NCBI GenBank assembly: GCA_011620275.1
Contig: WOZK01000030.1
Location: forward strand, 70,242 to 134,241
DNA length: 64,000 bases
Source of the DNA: Candidatus Omnitrophota bacterium
GTDB taxonomy: Bacteria; Omnitrophota; Gorgyraeia; Gygaellales; Profunditerraquicolaceae
Direction: 5' to 3'
The text below holds more notes on this DNA, generated by a model. The model searched no databases. It saw only the letters and a list, made by a program, of their open reading frames with translations, and had not been told where the DNA came from. Numbering within the stretch: position 1 is the stretch's first letter. The DNA itself is not shown here.

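Noticed and set aside
31223-63914. Many short ORFs overlapping the giant ORF as possible immunity or nested genes
   Set aside because: All are at most ~210 aa, in alternative frames or antisense, and have no recognisable motifs
63960-63962. ATG given as the start of the giant ORF
   Set aside because: The frame is open to the window edge and there is no signal peptide after this Met; the true start is probably upstream
31164-64000. CRISPR array, integron attC sites or inteins as the explanation for the modular ORF
   Set aside because: No regularly spaced long repeats, no attC-like palindromes noticed at junctions, and no intein-like C/S...HN termini at module ends

Overview
Bacterial, diderm (lpxB, MsbA-like exporter) chromosome window with almost all genes on the minus strand. 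From 4.9 to 31 kb it is ordinary housekeeping: pilD, aroE, leuA, ilvCNBD, fba, pfkA, ahcY, metK, a PTS cluster (EI, HPr, YvcK, EIIA), three tRNAs, frr-pyrH-tsf-rpsB, msbA-like, lpxB, an atypical L27 and a PilZ protein. The right half (31164-64000) is one uninterrupted ORF of at least 10,944 codons that is still open at the window edge. It is built like a string of beads: 37 Asp-Gly-Gly (DGG) motifs (manual count, about 10x chance) sit mostly in low-complexity linkers between unrelated domains. These include NadB-like, CoaD-like, two xylose-isomerase-like TIM barrels, UPF0489-like, HAD, GNAT-like, PD-(D/E)XK-like, a membrane HExxH peptidase, HTH repeats and multi-TM segments. The ORF also has three RAPP ribosome-arrest-like motifs. 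At the left end, a separate operon encodes an exported ChaN/EreA/Tiki-like protein and a divergent PGK with a signal peptide and a DGG just before its enzyme domain; a small gene interrupted by an in-frame amber codon follows. Best hypothesis (inference): a DGG-delimited, protease-processed giant polyprotein or effector-cargo system, probably in an Omnitrophota-like predatory or parasitic bacterium. Domain calls come from reading motifs by eye, not database searches.
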